A stretch of DNA of 64,000 bases from Candidatus Terraquivivens tengchongensis (GCA_023261845.1 JALNJZ010000001.1:160001-224000), one strand, 5' to 3'; positions 40,183 through 49,414 are shown, counted from the first letter of the stretch. The notes: generated from the letters alone by a model not told the origin. A program made the numbers and translations.

Positions 40183-40815
40183 TCACATAAGTTTTACGTT
40201 GAGTCTTGCCATTACAATTCTATCCTTTATTGCATTTAAAGATATGGCACCCTCCCTTAGCACTTTTACTATACCTCCCTCTATTTTTACAACCGTTGAA
40301 GCTATACAATGTAGACACTTTCCTCCGTCCAACACTATCTCGACACCTTCTGCTATATGTTTATCCAGTTCTGAGGTATCACAAGCTGGTGACATTCCGC
40401 TAATATTTGCGCTAGTTCCAACAATTAGACCTCCTGAAAGTCTTGCAAGCTCTATCGCTACTTGGCTTGCCGGAACCCTTACAGCAACCGTTGGACTTCC
40501 ACAGGTTACCTTTTCGAGCGACAACTTCTTCGGTAGGACTACTGACAATGCTCCTGGCCAAAATGCAGAACAAAATTCATAAGCGACGTCATCAAACTCC
40601 GCTACCTTCTCAAGACTTTCTATAGAATCGCCTAATATCGGAACTGGGATGTCTTTACGTCCTTTTAAGGAGAAAATCCTAGAAACTGCTGCATCATCAA
40701 ACGGGTTACATCCTAAACCATATACCGTATCGGTAGGGTATACCACAAGACCGCCATCTTTGATTATTACAGAGGCAAGTCTTATCGCTTCTCTACTAAC
40801 TTTTAGCAACCGCAT
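40183..40815 (-). CDS. tsaC: L-threonylcarbamoyladenylate synthase (TsaC/Sua5 YrdC domain)
   Basis: YPTDTVYGLG, KGR, WPG, TSANISG, LREG. Confidence 0.92.
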   Translation of the reverse strand: MRLLKVSREAIRLASVIIKDGGLVVYPTDTVYGLGCNPFDDAAVSRIFSLKGRKDIPVPILGDSIESLEKVAEFDDVAYEFCSAFWPGALSVVLPKKLSLEKVTCGSPTVAVRVPASQVAIELARLSGGLIVGTSANISGMSPACDTSELDKHIAEGVEIVLDGGKCLHCIASTVVKIEGGIVKVLREGAISLNAIKDRIVMARLNVKLM

Positions 40816-40986
40816 ATACTACGCACCTAATTTAGTTCATTACAACGACGAAATTTTTGTAGCTTTAAACACATTATAGCCATGTAATCAGCGTTTTGCT
40901 TACACGATTTATAAGCCTTATGGAAACATAGTTTAGCTGACGAGTCTGAAAACTTAAAAATTAGCAATTGAGTGAAACAATACTAG

Positions 40987-41081
40987 GGGACCGTAGCTCA
41001 GCATGGTTAGAGCGTTCGAGCCGTAAAACGGCAACGAAGCTGATAACCGAAAGGTCGTGGGTTCGAATCCCACCGGTCCCA
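40987..41081 (+). tRNA. tRNA-Ile(GAT) with a 20-nt intron at 30/31
   Basis: GGGACCG..GAGCGTTCG[AGCCGTAAAACGGCAACGAA]GCTGATAACCGAA..TTCGAATCCCACCGGTCCCA. BHB central helix CGTT/AACG. Confidence 0.92.
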
Positions 41082-41101
41082 TCATCCCTAGTTAACAAGT
41101 A

Positions 41102-41326
41102 TTAACCTTTTTTCTTCTTGGTAGTTAGTTCTTTAAATTTGACTATTATGATTTTTTTCTCCTTGGGTTCTATGCTGATCTTTACCTTTTCACCAACCTT
41201 GAAAGGGTACTGACTATCCTCCGAAATAGCTCTAGGTATTGCTATCACATGATATTCGTACTTTTTCCCGGTCCTTTTATCATAGGCTGGCTTCCTTTGA
41301 ATTTTCGTAATGCTTGTAAGAGTCAC
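41102..41326 (-). CDS. Small AbrB/MazE/SpoVT-like DNA-binding protein
   Basis: HVIAIPRAI..FKVGEKVKISIE pattern. Very basic. Confidence 0.55.
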   Translation of the reverse strand: MTLTSITKIQRKPAYDKRTGKKYEYHVIAIPRAISEDSQYPFKVGEKVKISIEPKEKKIIIVKFKELTTKKKKG

Positions 41327-41502
41327 ATAAAATTTTTAGCAAAGACGGTATTTAACCTTTAGTATAATATTTTCCCAAAATAGCGTTCATTATTTTGGTG
41401 TAAAATAACGTTAAATTCGTTACAAATATTTGGGCATAAAAGCACATATTTCAAAGGGCTATTGTGTAAAAGGATTAATAAAGCCTTTACGAATAAGACC
41501 TT

Positions 41503-41577
41503 GGGGCCGTAGTCTAGCATGGTTATGACACCTGGCTTGGGCCCAGGAGGTCCTGGGTTCGAATCCCAGCGGCCCCA
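41503..41577 (+). tRNA. tRNA-Pro(TGG)
   Basis: GGGGCCG..CCTGG CT TGG GC CCAGG..TTCGAATCCCAGCGGCCCCA. No intron. Confidence 0.95.
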
Positions 41578-41758
41578 CTAACACTTTCTCGGAAAAGTGA
41601 ATCGAGGATTGAGGAAAATGATTTATTAAGGGGACAGTTAGTTCGTCCATATTTCATATGTTTTGCCGGCAGTTCTAATGGTTATGTAGTGCTCCATAAA
41701 AATGTTATAATATAATGTTGTTAAATGTTATATATACGTATACAAATGTGAGGTATTC

Positions 41759-42493
41759 ATGCTAAGAAAAAACGTACCCAAACTTGTCGTGTTTGACTGC
41801 GATGGTGTTCTAGTTGATGGATACGTATCTATTTTCGTTGCTAAACATCTTGGTTTCGGTGATAAACTTATATCACTATATAAAGACCTCTTAAGTTCAA
41901 GGATCAGTTTCGAGCAAGCAATGGAAAAAGCGCTAAGATTATTCATCGGTATTAAGGAGGGTGAAGTTAAAGATTTGCTTATGCGGGTCCCTCTAATGCG
42001 TGGTGCAGAAGAGACTATAAGGATTATGAAAAACAAGGGCATAGTTGTAGGAATCATAAGCACCGGTGCATCTCAGTATTTTCTGGACATTTTAGGGGAG
42101 ATGTTCAAGCTTGATTTTTTTGTTGGTACACGTGTAAGAATCGAGGATGGTGTGTTTGTTGATATAGAGCACCCTATAGTTAACTTCGAGAATAAAGGCA
42201 AAATTCTTTCCGAAATAGCATCGCGATATGGTATTCCACTTAGCGAATGTGTTGCCGTTGGAGACGATACTTCTAACATACCGCTCTTTAAACTTGTAGG
42301 TATGAGTATAATGTTTGACTCAGGATGTTTAGAGCGCGAACTCCTGGGATTAAAATTGAATATTTTTGAATGGACAAGATTGCGTTTAATACTTTGGCTT
42401 GCAAAAAGACGTGTGAAGAAAAATGCTCACTATGTCGTCAAGTCTAGAAACCTTATGGATATTTTGAATATAATTGGTGTCATCCAATCTTAA
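41759..42493 (+). CDS. HAD-superfamily phosphatase (SerB/PSP-like)
   Basis: VFDCDGVL, ISTG, NKG, AVGDDTSN. Confidence 0.85.
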   Translation: MLRKNVPKLVVFDCDGVLVDGYVSIFVAKHLGFGDKLISLYKDLLSSRISFEQAMEKALRLFIGIKEGEVKDLLMRVPLMRGAEETIRIMKNKGIVVGIISTGASQYFLDILGEMFKLDFFVGTRVRIEDGVFVDIEHPIVNFENKGKILSEIASRYGIPLSECVAVGDDTSNIPLFKLVGMSIMFDSGCLERELLGLKLNIFEWTRLRLILWLAKRRVKKNAHYVVKSRNLMDILNIIGVIQS

Positions 42494-43928
42494 GTTCGAA
42501 TACACATTCATCATGTCCAGTAGCTTTGCACTTTATCTCTTTCGCATATGCCGGTTCTTTGAATATTACGGACGCAGCTCCTGAAAGCGCTCCAGTGATA
42601 GCAGAACAAATTGGAATTTCTGATGAAGTATCCTTACAAAGGAAGCAATCTGGAACTCTTACCCTGAAAACATTATTGTTGACAGTTTCTACGTCACATT
42701 TTAACCTAAATCCAAAGTAGAGCGTTAACTTCATTATTTTTGATACATACTTCATATCAAGTTTAATTAGGGGATTTTCGCCTATCTCTTGAATTGCTTC
42801 TAAGGCCCTCTGTCTGCCTATTATCTGATGAAATTCTTCCTTAATCTTAAGGAATTTTTCAATCGCTTCCTTATATTCGGCTTCTGTATAACCGAACATG
42901 TTTTTTAGGAATTCGAACATGAGTTTTCTCTCTCTATTATAGATGCTACCTGGAATCCTTGCACCTTCTTTTATGCCCAGAATTCTAAAGAAAAGCCACG
43001 AAGGCATGTTTAAGGCAAGCTTTGTCTTAAAACTTATCTGTTCTTTCTTTATCTGTTTAATATTTTTAATCGGTTTTTCTTCAACTTCAACGACGCGTAA
43101 ATATCCTTGTAGTTCCCAGACGGCTATTTTCTTTAATAAATCATTAAAACTCTCGGGAAAAAGTAATTTAATATTTAGAAGAGTTTTATCATCAAAATGC
43201 GAGAAAAACCATAAATATTCTGTAAGGGGTTTTGTTAACTCTTTATGGCTTATTTTTAATTTTAAACCCGTAAGATTCCTCTCATAATATCTTATTCTTT
43301 CGTCCACCAATTCAGGTGAAAGTTGTATCAATCTATCGGTCATTTCACCATACCATTCAATCAAAACTCTATTATCCTTGTATTCATATTTTACAGGTCT
43401 TAAGTTCCATTCTGGATGGCAACATTTTATGGGTATGAATTCACAAACATCTAACCTTTTTGTCTGTAACTTTCTGACTTCCAGACCTCCATCAAAAATC
43501 GCTAGAATCTTTTTCTCCATTTCAGGAAATGTTCCTTTTGGTAGCAAGTAGAACTCAATAGTCCTGTTGTTTCGTATTTCATACTTCCAAGTTTCCAGTA
43601 ATTTCAAGATGACTTCATGTTCATATTTTATTAAAAGGTCCGCTAAATATTCATGAATAAGCACACTCTCTTGAGCACTCCTCCTTAATTCATTAATTGT
43701 TATGCTTATGTCGTTCAGAGTCAACGGTGTTATGAACACTACTTCTTTTGTCGGCGAACGGTTCCATTCGAATATCAACCTCATTGGTCTTTGAGTTTTT
43801 ATCAAGTTCATGAGGAAATGTAGTGCTTCACCGTATCCACCATCTAAAACAAGTAGTGCAGAGCCATAATAAATGTCAACTATTTTATCGAAAATTTCGT
43901 GTCCTGTTAAAAATTTTTCTTTTTCCAT
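42480..43928 (-). CDS. Degenerate KaiC/RecA-like domain plus C-terminal V4R domain protein
   Basis: N-terminal TGHEIFDKIV-DIYYGSALLVL lacks an intact Walker A. C-terminal DCFLC..PICSAITGALSG..EIKCKATGHDECVFEL. Confidence 0.75.
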   Translation of the reverse strand: MEKEKFLTGHEIFDKIVDIYYGSALLVLDGGYGEALHFLMNLIKTQRPMRLIFEWNRSPTKEVVFITPLTLNDISITINELRRSAQESVLIHEYLADLLIKYEHEVILKLLETWKYEIRNNRTIEFYLLPKGTFPEMEKKILAIFDGGLEVRKLQTKRLDVCEFIPIKCCHPEWNLRPVKYEYKDNRVLIEWYGEMTDRLIQLSPELVDERIRYYERNLTGLKLKISHKELTKPLTEYLWFFSHFDDKTLLNIKLLFPESFNDLLKKIAVWELQGYLRVVEVEEKPIKNIKQIKKEQISFKTKLALNMPSWLFFRILGIKEGARIPGSIYNRERKLMFEFLKNMFGYTEAEYKEAIEKFLKIKEEFHQIIGRQRALEAIQEIGENPLIKLDMKYVSKIMKLTLYFGFRLKCDVETVNNNVFRVRVPDCFLCKDTSSEIPICSAITGALSGAASVIFKEPAYAKEIKCKATGHDECVFELKIG

Positions 43929-43991
43929 CCTATAGTATAAAGGATTTGGTAAGATTTATCTCTTTAATTAAATTTGTGCATGAATTGCTTT

Positions 43992-45341
43992 TTAATGACA
44001 CACTTGTATTAATCGTTCTCTTAGCATGTTCCATATCGAACCCAAGTCTTCCGGCATCGTAGTGAAGGGATTTGGTGGTCTTATAAATGTCAGTAACTGA
44101 CGGAGATTCTTCTCCCTTATCAAATATTTTCTTATAGAAAAGAGTCGAAGGAAGTTGCATACACTTATGAGCGCCTCACTGTCTATGAGTTGACCAATTC
44201 GGTATTTCAAACCATCCCTTATCATGTTCAGACCCGCTACATGCAGTGCATCACCCAACTTAATTATATCGTTAAAGATACCAGCTTTTGAAAGTATTTT
44301 AAAGGTCTTTACTGGTTCGATTTTATGGAGATCATCATATGATAACAGACCCCTCTCTATAGCGAGAAGTATGGCGCTATTAACAGAGTTTGACATTATA
44401 TCCTCATAGGCGTCCACGACGTCATCGTATACTCCTGCTGCCTTGAACACTAATGAGACACCTTGCTTCACTAACATAATCGACGCCATCTCATCCGAGG
44501 TCAAGTCACCCAAACTATTCTCGAAGAAGTAAAGATCTATATCAAACCAAACATCGCCTATGTTCTTCTCCAATATATATTCCATGTAATCAGCCATCGT
44601 AGGAAGTTTATTCCTTTTCTTGTCTTTATGCAATAAGGAATCTATTTGTCCCATTATCAATTTTCTGACGTCTTTGACGTATAATTCAAACGTGCCGTAT
44701 AGTTTATTTTCGTTCACATTGAACATCTTATATACCCAAGTTCCGATCTCTAACGCAGAATTTTCAGCTCTTGCTACCTTATCCTTACCTAAGTTTGGTT
44801 CGTATGTGCCCGTGGTATAGGCAGATATTAGATTTCTTAGAGAGGTAAGAGCGGCATCTAAATCATGAATGTTGTCGTTCAAGTTGTCGAGTAGCTTTAC
44901 GCTAGTACCAAAAGATGTTTTCGCTATGGCTGCATGAATTATTTCCTCGTAAGAGCTAATCTTATGTAAGATCGGCAGAGAGCTTATTAGACCAATGTAG
45001 GTAGCATATACCCAGTGCTTCCGCTTCATGTAGCCCAGTCTAAGGAGTTCCTCATAATCTAAGCAAAGAGGATTCTTAGATAAGTTATGTAGCATTTCCT
45101 CATATGTGTCTAAGAGCTTTAGGAGAGTTAATACGGTGTTCTTTATCTTAAGTGAGGGGTATTTATTTAAATTAATTAAGAAAGCTAAGGCCGAAAGTTT
45201 ATAGAGAAAGTTTAGACCTTCTTCTCGGCACTTTTTCTCTATCTGTAGGGTTTTATACTCTTTATAAGTTAGATTCTGTTTAAACTTAAGAGTGTACTTT
45301 TTGATTGTTTTACATTGTTCTGTCATAATATTAATTTTCAT
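43992..45341 (-). CDS. Class I isoprenoid synthase-fold protein (divergent trans-prenyltransferase/terpene synthase-like); true start probably near 45095-45140
   Basis: KLLDNLND (FARM-like), GQIDS, YMEYILEKN, VYDDVVDAYED (SARM-like), in canonical order. Confidence 0.7.
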   Translation of the reverse strand: MKINIMTEQCKTIKKYTLKFKQNLTYKEYKTLQIEKKCREEGLNFLYKLSALAFLINLNKYPSLKIKNTVLTLLKLLDTYEEMLHNLSKNPLCLDYEELLRLGYMKRKHWVYATYIGLISSLPILHKISSYEEIIHAAIAKTSFGTSVKLLDNLNDNIHDLDAALTSLRNLISAYTTGTYEPNLGKDKVARAENSALEIGTWVYKMFNVNENKLYGTFELYVKDVRKLIMGQIDSLLHKDKKRNKLPTMADYMEYILEKNIGDVWFDIDLYFFENSLGDLTSDEMASIMLVKQGVSLVFKAAGVYDDVVDAYEDIMSNSVNSAILLAIERGLLSYDDLHKIEPVKTFKILSKAGIFNDIIKLGDALHVAGLNMIRDGLKYRIGQLIDSEALISVCNFLRLFSIRKYLIREKNLRQLLTFIRPPNPFTTMPEDLGSIWNMLRERLIQVCH

Positions 45342-45444
45342 AACGGTTATACATAGGTATTATGTATGAGTTATGTATAGAATGGTCAACGATGTGATTT
45401 GCAGAAGGTTATATTAGTTACCTTTTAGAGGTTTTGAACTAACT

Positions 45445-46566
45445 ATGTTTAACGAGCTTGAAAGGATGGCAGCTGAGAAGGCTAAGGAGGCAGTTTACTT
45501 AGATAAGATAGGCGCAAGGGAAAAAGCCTACGTAAAGTACAAGGAGGCTATTGACATTCTAACAAAACTTTACTTCATGACAGAAGACGATACGATACGC
45601 TCAGTATATCTTGAAAAGATTCGTGAATATCAGAGAAGGATTCAGCTTATGGATACAAAAAGGGTCGTGATTTCCGAAGGGGATGCTAAAACTACTGGTA
45701 TTGAAGAAGGGACTGAATGGGTACTTAAAGACAGGCCCAGGGTTAACTGGGAGGATATAATAGGGATTGATGAGGCTAAGAGGGCAATAAGAGAAAGTAT
45801 AGTATACCCAAAGATGAGGCCAGAATTATTCCCCTTAGGCTGGCCTACCGGTATACTGTTGTTCGGACCCCCTGGCTGCGGTAAGACACTCATAGGCGCT
45901 GCCGTTGCTAACGAAATAGACGCCGCGTTCTTCTACGTGGATGCTGCAACCGTCATGTCAAAATGGTTAGGAGAGTCTGAGAAAAATATAGCACAGCTTT
46001 TCGCAACGGCTAGGACCGCATGTAAAAAACAGGGTGCGGCCATAATCTTTATCGATGAAATAGATTCGTTGACATCGGTTAGATATATTGAAGTGGGTGG
46101 TGAAGCTAGGGCGAGGAATCAACTACTAAAAGAAATGGATAGTTTAACCGAAAAGGGCAAGAGGGAGTACCTATATGTGATAGGAGCAACAAACAAGCCT
46201 TGGATGCTCGATGAACCTTTCATAAGACGCTTTCAGAAGCGAATATACGTTCCTTTACCAAATCTTAATGCGAGAGCAGCCTTGTTTTCTTATTATACCA
46301 AAGACCTTAAGCTTGGTCAATCTGTTGATACATGGCAACTTGCCGTTATGACAGAAGGATATTCAGCGGCCGATATCCATGATATTTGTATGGAAGTTCA
46401 GCTGAAGGTCACCAGAGAATTTTTTGAAGAAGGGAACGCCGAAAAGACGGAGCCCAGAGTGATAGAAATGCAAGACTTCTTAGAGATTATTAGTAAGAGA
46501 AAATCATCAATAATTTTAGAAAATCTCAAGAAGTTAGAGGAGTGGGCAGCCAAGTACGCAACTTAG
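45445..46566 (+). CDS. cdvC: Cell division AAA ATPase CdvC (Vps4)
   Basis: N-terminal MIT domain, [37 protein letters not shown]. Confidence 0.92.
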   Translation: MFNELERMAAEKAKEAVYLDKIGAREKAYVKYKEAIDILTKLYFMTEDDTIRSVYLEKIREYQRRIQLMDTKRVVISEGDAKTTGIEEGTEWVLKDRPRVNWEDIIGIDEAKRAIRESIVYPKMRPELFPLGWPTGILLFGPPGCGKTLIGAAVANEIDAAFFYVDAATVMSKWLGESEKNIAQLFATARTACKKQGAAIIFIDEIDSLTSVRYIEVGGEARARNQLLKEMDSLTEKGKREYLYVIGATNKPWMLDEPFIRRFQKRIYVPLPNLNARAALFSYYTKDLKLGQSVDTWQLAVMTEGYSAADIHDICMEVQLKVTREFFEEGNAEKTEPRVIEMQDFLEIISKRKSSIILENLKKLEEWAAKYAT

Positions 46567-46572
46567 AAGTTT

Positions 46573-47355
46573 TTATGTCATCTCGGCACTTTGTACCTCT
46601 ATTAACCCTTTTTCTTGAAGGCTACTTATAACAACTTTTACTTGTGATATATTAAGTCCAAGTTCTGACGCGCATTTTGCTATGTCCAACTCATCACCAC
46701 ACTTCATAATATAGGAGTAAACCATACGCTCCTCTTCTGTCAGAACTGGTACCTCTGGGAAGTTTTTCCTCACCTGCTCTGCCGCTATCCTTCTTGCTTC
46801 TTCTAGGATTCCTTCCGCGTCTTTATTGATCTCGATATTACCAGTTGATGTTGTATCAACATATGCTGAAGATGAAGATGTGAAGTCTTCTATCGTTTCT
46901 GCTAGTTCTCTGAGACTATTTGATGCTTCAGGAACGACAAGCGATACTTCCTTCTCAACCGCATCTATGATTGATGTTAAGGGAACTATTAGGCCCATTA
47001 CTTCACCTAGCTCTAGTATCGTTTCAAGCCTAACCTTTATCTGTTCAAGGACTAGACAGCACCTCATAACTATGTCTGCTAACCTTTTTATCTCAGCTAT
47101 TTCAACTGCATACATTTTGGCCCTTTCATTATCCTTAGCAATTAAAGCATCTATGCATCTTTCGAAGTATTCTTTGCTTCTAGATAACATGTTCTGATAT
47201 CTTATCCGTAACTTGTCAACTTGGACGGATAAGTTCGTTAAAGAGTCCTCAATCTTCTGTACCAGAGTATCATAGTTTTGAGTAACTATATTGCCTTGGC
47301 TTTCGGATTTTGGGACGAGTTTCTCTTGAATACGCCTTAAGGAAAACCTTACCAA
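46573..47355 (-). CDS. cdvB: Cell division protein CdvB (ESCRT-III) with C-terminal winged helix
   Basis: RAKMYAVEIAEIKR..LEQIKVRLET..ELG, ILEEARRIA, C-terminal wH (SLQEKGLI). Confidence 0.88.
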   Translation of the reverse strand: MVRFSLRRIQEKLVPKSESQGNIVTQNYDTLVQKIEDSLTNLSVQVDKLRIRYQNMLSRSKEYFERCIDALIAKDNERAKMYAVEIAEIKRLADIVMRCCLVLEQIKVRLETILELGEVMGLIVPLTSIIDAVEKEVSLVVPEASNSLRELAETIEDFTSSSSAYVDTTSTGNIEINKDAEGILEEARRIAAEQVRKNFPEVPVLTEEERMVYSYIMKCGDELDIAKCASELGLNISQVKVVISSLQEKGLIEVQSAEMT

Positions 47356-47593
47356 TCCTACGACCCAGAAAGAAAGGATTCAGCAGAGACTAATACCTTT
47401 TTACCAATCCTACCGTTGCATAGTTTGCACGTTATACCCCAATAATCTTGTGAATCTACCATTTAGGCGCCTGAGAGATAGTTTCTAGTTTATCGAATGA
47501 TGCATGAAAGGTGCTAGAATTTTTTTAAAATTTATTCTAGTAGGTTAAATATAAGTAAGCTTATCAACTTCTGGAAAATTTGATATACGAAAC

Positions 47594-49414
47594 ATGTGTG
47601 GTATAACGGGTTGCGTGACTGAGGACAAGGTTGTAGCAGGCATACTTTACAAGTCGCTTAAACGCTTAGAGTATAGGGGTTACGACTCGGCTGGTATGGC
47701 CACGATATTTAACAGAACCCTTTACGTAAAAAAAGATCAAGGGAAAATAGACGAAGTGAATGAGCGGCTGAATTTCAACAACATGCCCGGTAACATAGGC
47801 ATAGCCCATACAAGATGGGCAACGCATGGTGCTCCATCAAAAATTAATGCTCATCCGCATACAGACTGCGACAATAAGCTGGCAGTGGTGCATAATGGTG
47901 TGATAGAGAATTTTCTTGAACTTAAGAAAGAGCTACTTGACCTCAATCATAAGTTTGCATCAAAGACCGATACGGAAGTTGTTGCTCATCTTTTAGAAGA
48001 AAATTTGAAGAAGGGAGAGAATTTTTTCTCGGCTTTTATTAACACAATTAGGAGGTTAAGTGGGTCTTATGCTATTGCTACTATATACGTTGGAGAGCCT
48101 GATAAGATTTTGGTTGCTAGGCAGGACATGCCACTCCTAATAGGCGTAGGTGATGAATGTATGTTTGTTGCTTCCGATGCCGCTGCCTTCATAGACGAGA
48201 CTAACAAGGCAGTTATCCTTCAGAATGGAGAGGTCGCTGTTGTTACTGCAAAATCTTACGAAATTTACCGTGTTAGGGATGGTGCAAAGGTTGCAAGGAA
48301 CCCGATAATTCTCAACTGGACTTTAGAGATGGCTGAAAAGCAAGGCTTCCCGCACTATACTTTAAAAGAGATATTCGAACAACCCCTAACTATAAAGAGC
48401 GCCCTCAGATTGCAAGATGCTTATGTTGACCTCCTAACTGGGTTCTTGGATAGAGGTGAGAAAATTTTCCTGCTAGCAGCCGGGACTTCCTACCATGCTT
48501 GCCTTGCTGCCTCTTACATGTTCTCAAAGCTGGCCAGACTCACGACGTATCCGGTTGTGGCATCAGAATTTATAGAAAATTATGGTCATTCTATAGATAT
48601 AGGGACAGTTATATTAGCGGTGAGCCAATCCGGCGAGACTGCTGATGTTTTAAATGCGCTCGAGTTCGCTAGACTGAGGGCGGCAACTATACTTGGAATA
48701 ACAAACGTCGTTGGATCGACTTTGACAAGAATCTCTAGGGCTTACTTGCTACAGAATGCTGGACCAGAAATTGGCGTTGCGGCGACCAAAACGTTTACGT
48801 CGCAACTTATTGTGCTTGCACAACTTGCTCTAAGGTTAGCAAAGAAAAGGGGGAAGATGGCGCAATATGAGATGGACGAGTTTAGGGATAAGTTATACGA
48901 AATGCCTGATGTGGTCTCGCAAGTTCTTGAAATGGTTAGAGAACCCATGCAAGAGTTAGCAAAGAAATACGCTAAAGAGAGGTTTTTCCTATTTCTTGGA
49001 AGGGGTATAAGTACTGCGACAGCATTCGAAGGTAGGCTAAAGGTCATGGAACTTTCTTACATACCGTGTATAGCATATCCTGCGGGTGAGAGTAAGCACG
49101 GACCTATAAGCATTATAGAAAAAGGCGTACCCGTATTTTTTATATGTCCAAAGGATGAAACCAGGAAGGCCATCATTGGAAATATAGAGGAGATGAAAGC
49201 TAGGGGCGCAAAGATAATAACCATAGGTAACAAGGATGATGAGGAGTTGATGGAAATATCGGATGATTACGTTGGGTTGCCAGACGTTCATGAATTGCTA
49301 AGTCCAATAATTTACACGTTGCCGTTCCAGCTCTTAGCGTATTATTTAGCAATTGAAAGAGGTTTAGATCCAGATAAACCTAGGAACCTCGCAAAATCTG
49401 TTACAGTCTTATGA
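47594..49414 (+). CDS. glmS: Glutamine-fructose-6-phosphate transaminase
   Basis: MCGI, EYRGYDSAG, HTRWATHG, SQSGET, PRNLAKSVTV. Confidence 0.97.
   Translation: MCGITGCVTEDKVVAGILYKSLKRLEYRGYDSAGMATIFNRTLYVKKDQGKIDEVNERLNFNNMPGNIGIAHTRWATHGAPSKINAHPHTDCDNKLAVVHNGVIENFLELKKELLDLNHKFASKTDTEVVAHLLEENLKKGENFFSAFINTIRRLSGSYAIATIYVGEPDKILVARQDMPLLIGVGDECMFVASDAAAFIDETNKAVILQNGEVAVVTAKSYEIYRVRDGAKVARNPIILNWTLEMAEKQGFPHYTLKEIFEQPLTIKSALRLQDAYVDLLTGFLDRGEKIFLLAAGTSYHACLAASYMFSKLARLTTYPVVASEFIENYGHSIDIGTVILAVSQSGETADVLNALEFARLRAATILGITNVVGSTLTRISRAYLLQNAGPEIGVAATKTFTSQLIVLAQLALRLAKKRGKMAQYEMDEFRDKLYEMPDVVSQVLEMVREPMQELAKKYAKERFFLFLGRGISTATAFEGRLKVMELSYIPCIAYPAGESKHGPISIIEKGVPVFFICPKDETRKAIIGNIEEMKARGAKIITIGNKDDEELMEISDDYVGLPDVHELLSPIIYTLPFQLLAYYLAIERGLDPDKPRNLAKSVTVL

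Noticed and set aside
41459-41650. 63-aa ORF on the minus strand
   Set aside because: Antisense to tRNA-Pro(TGG).
45100-45341. N-terminal ~80 aa of the 449-aa ORF as real coding sequence
   Set aside because: Very AT-rich and promoter-like. Probably an open-frame extension upstream of the true start.
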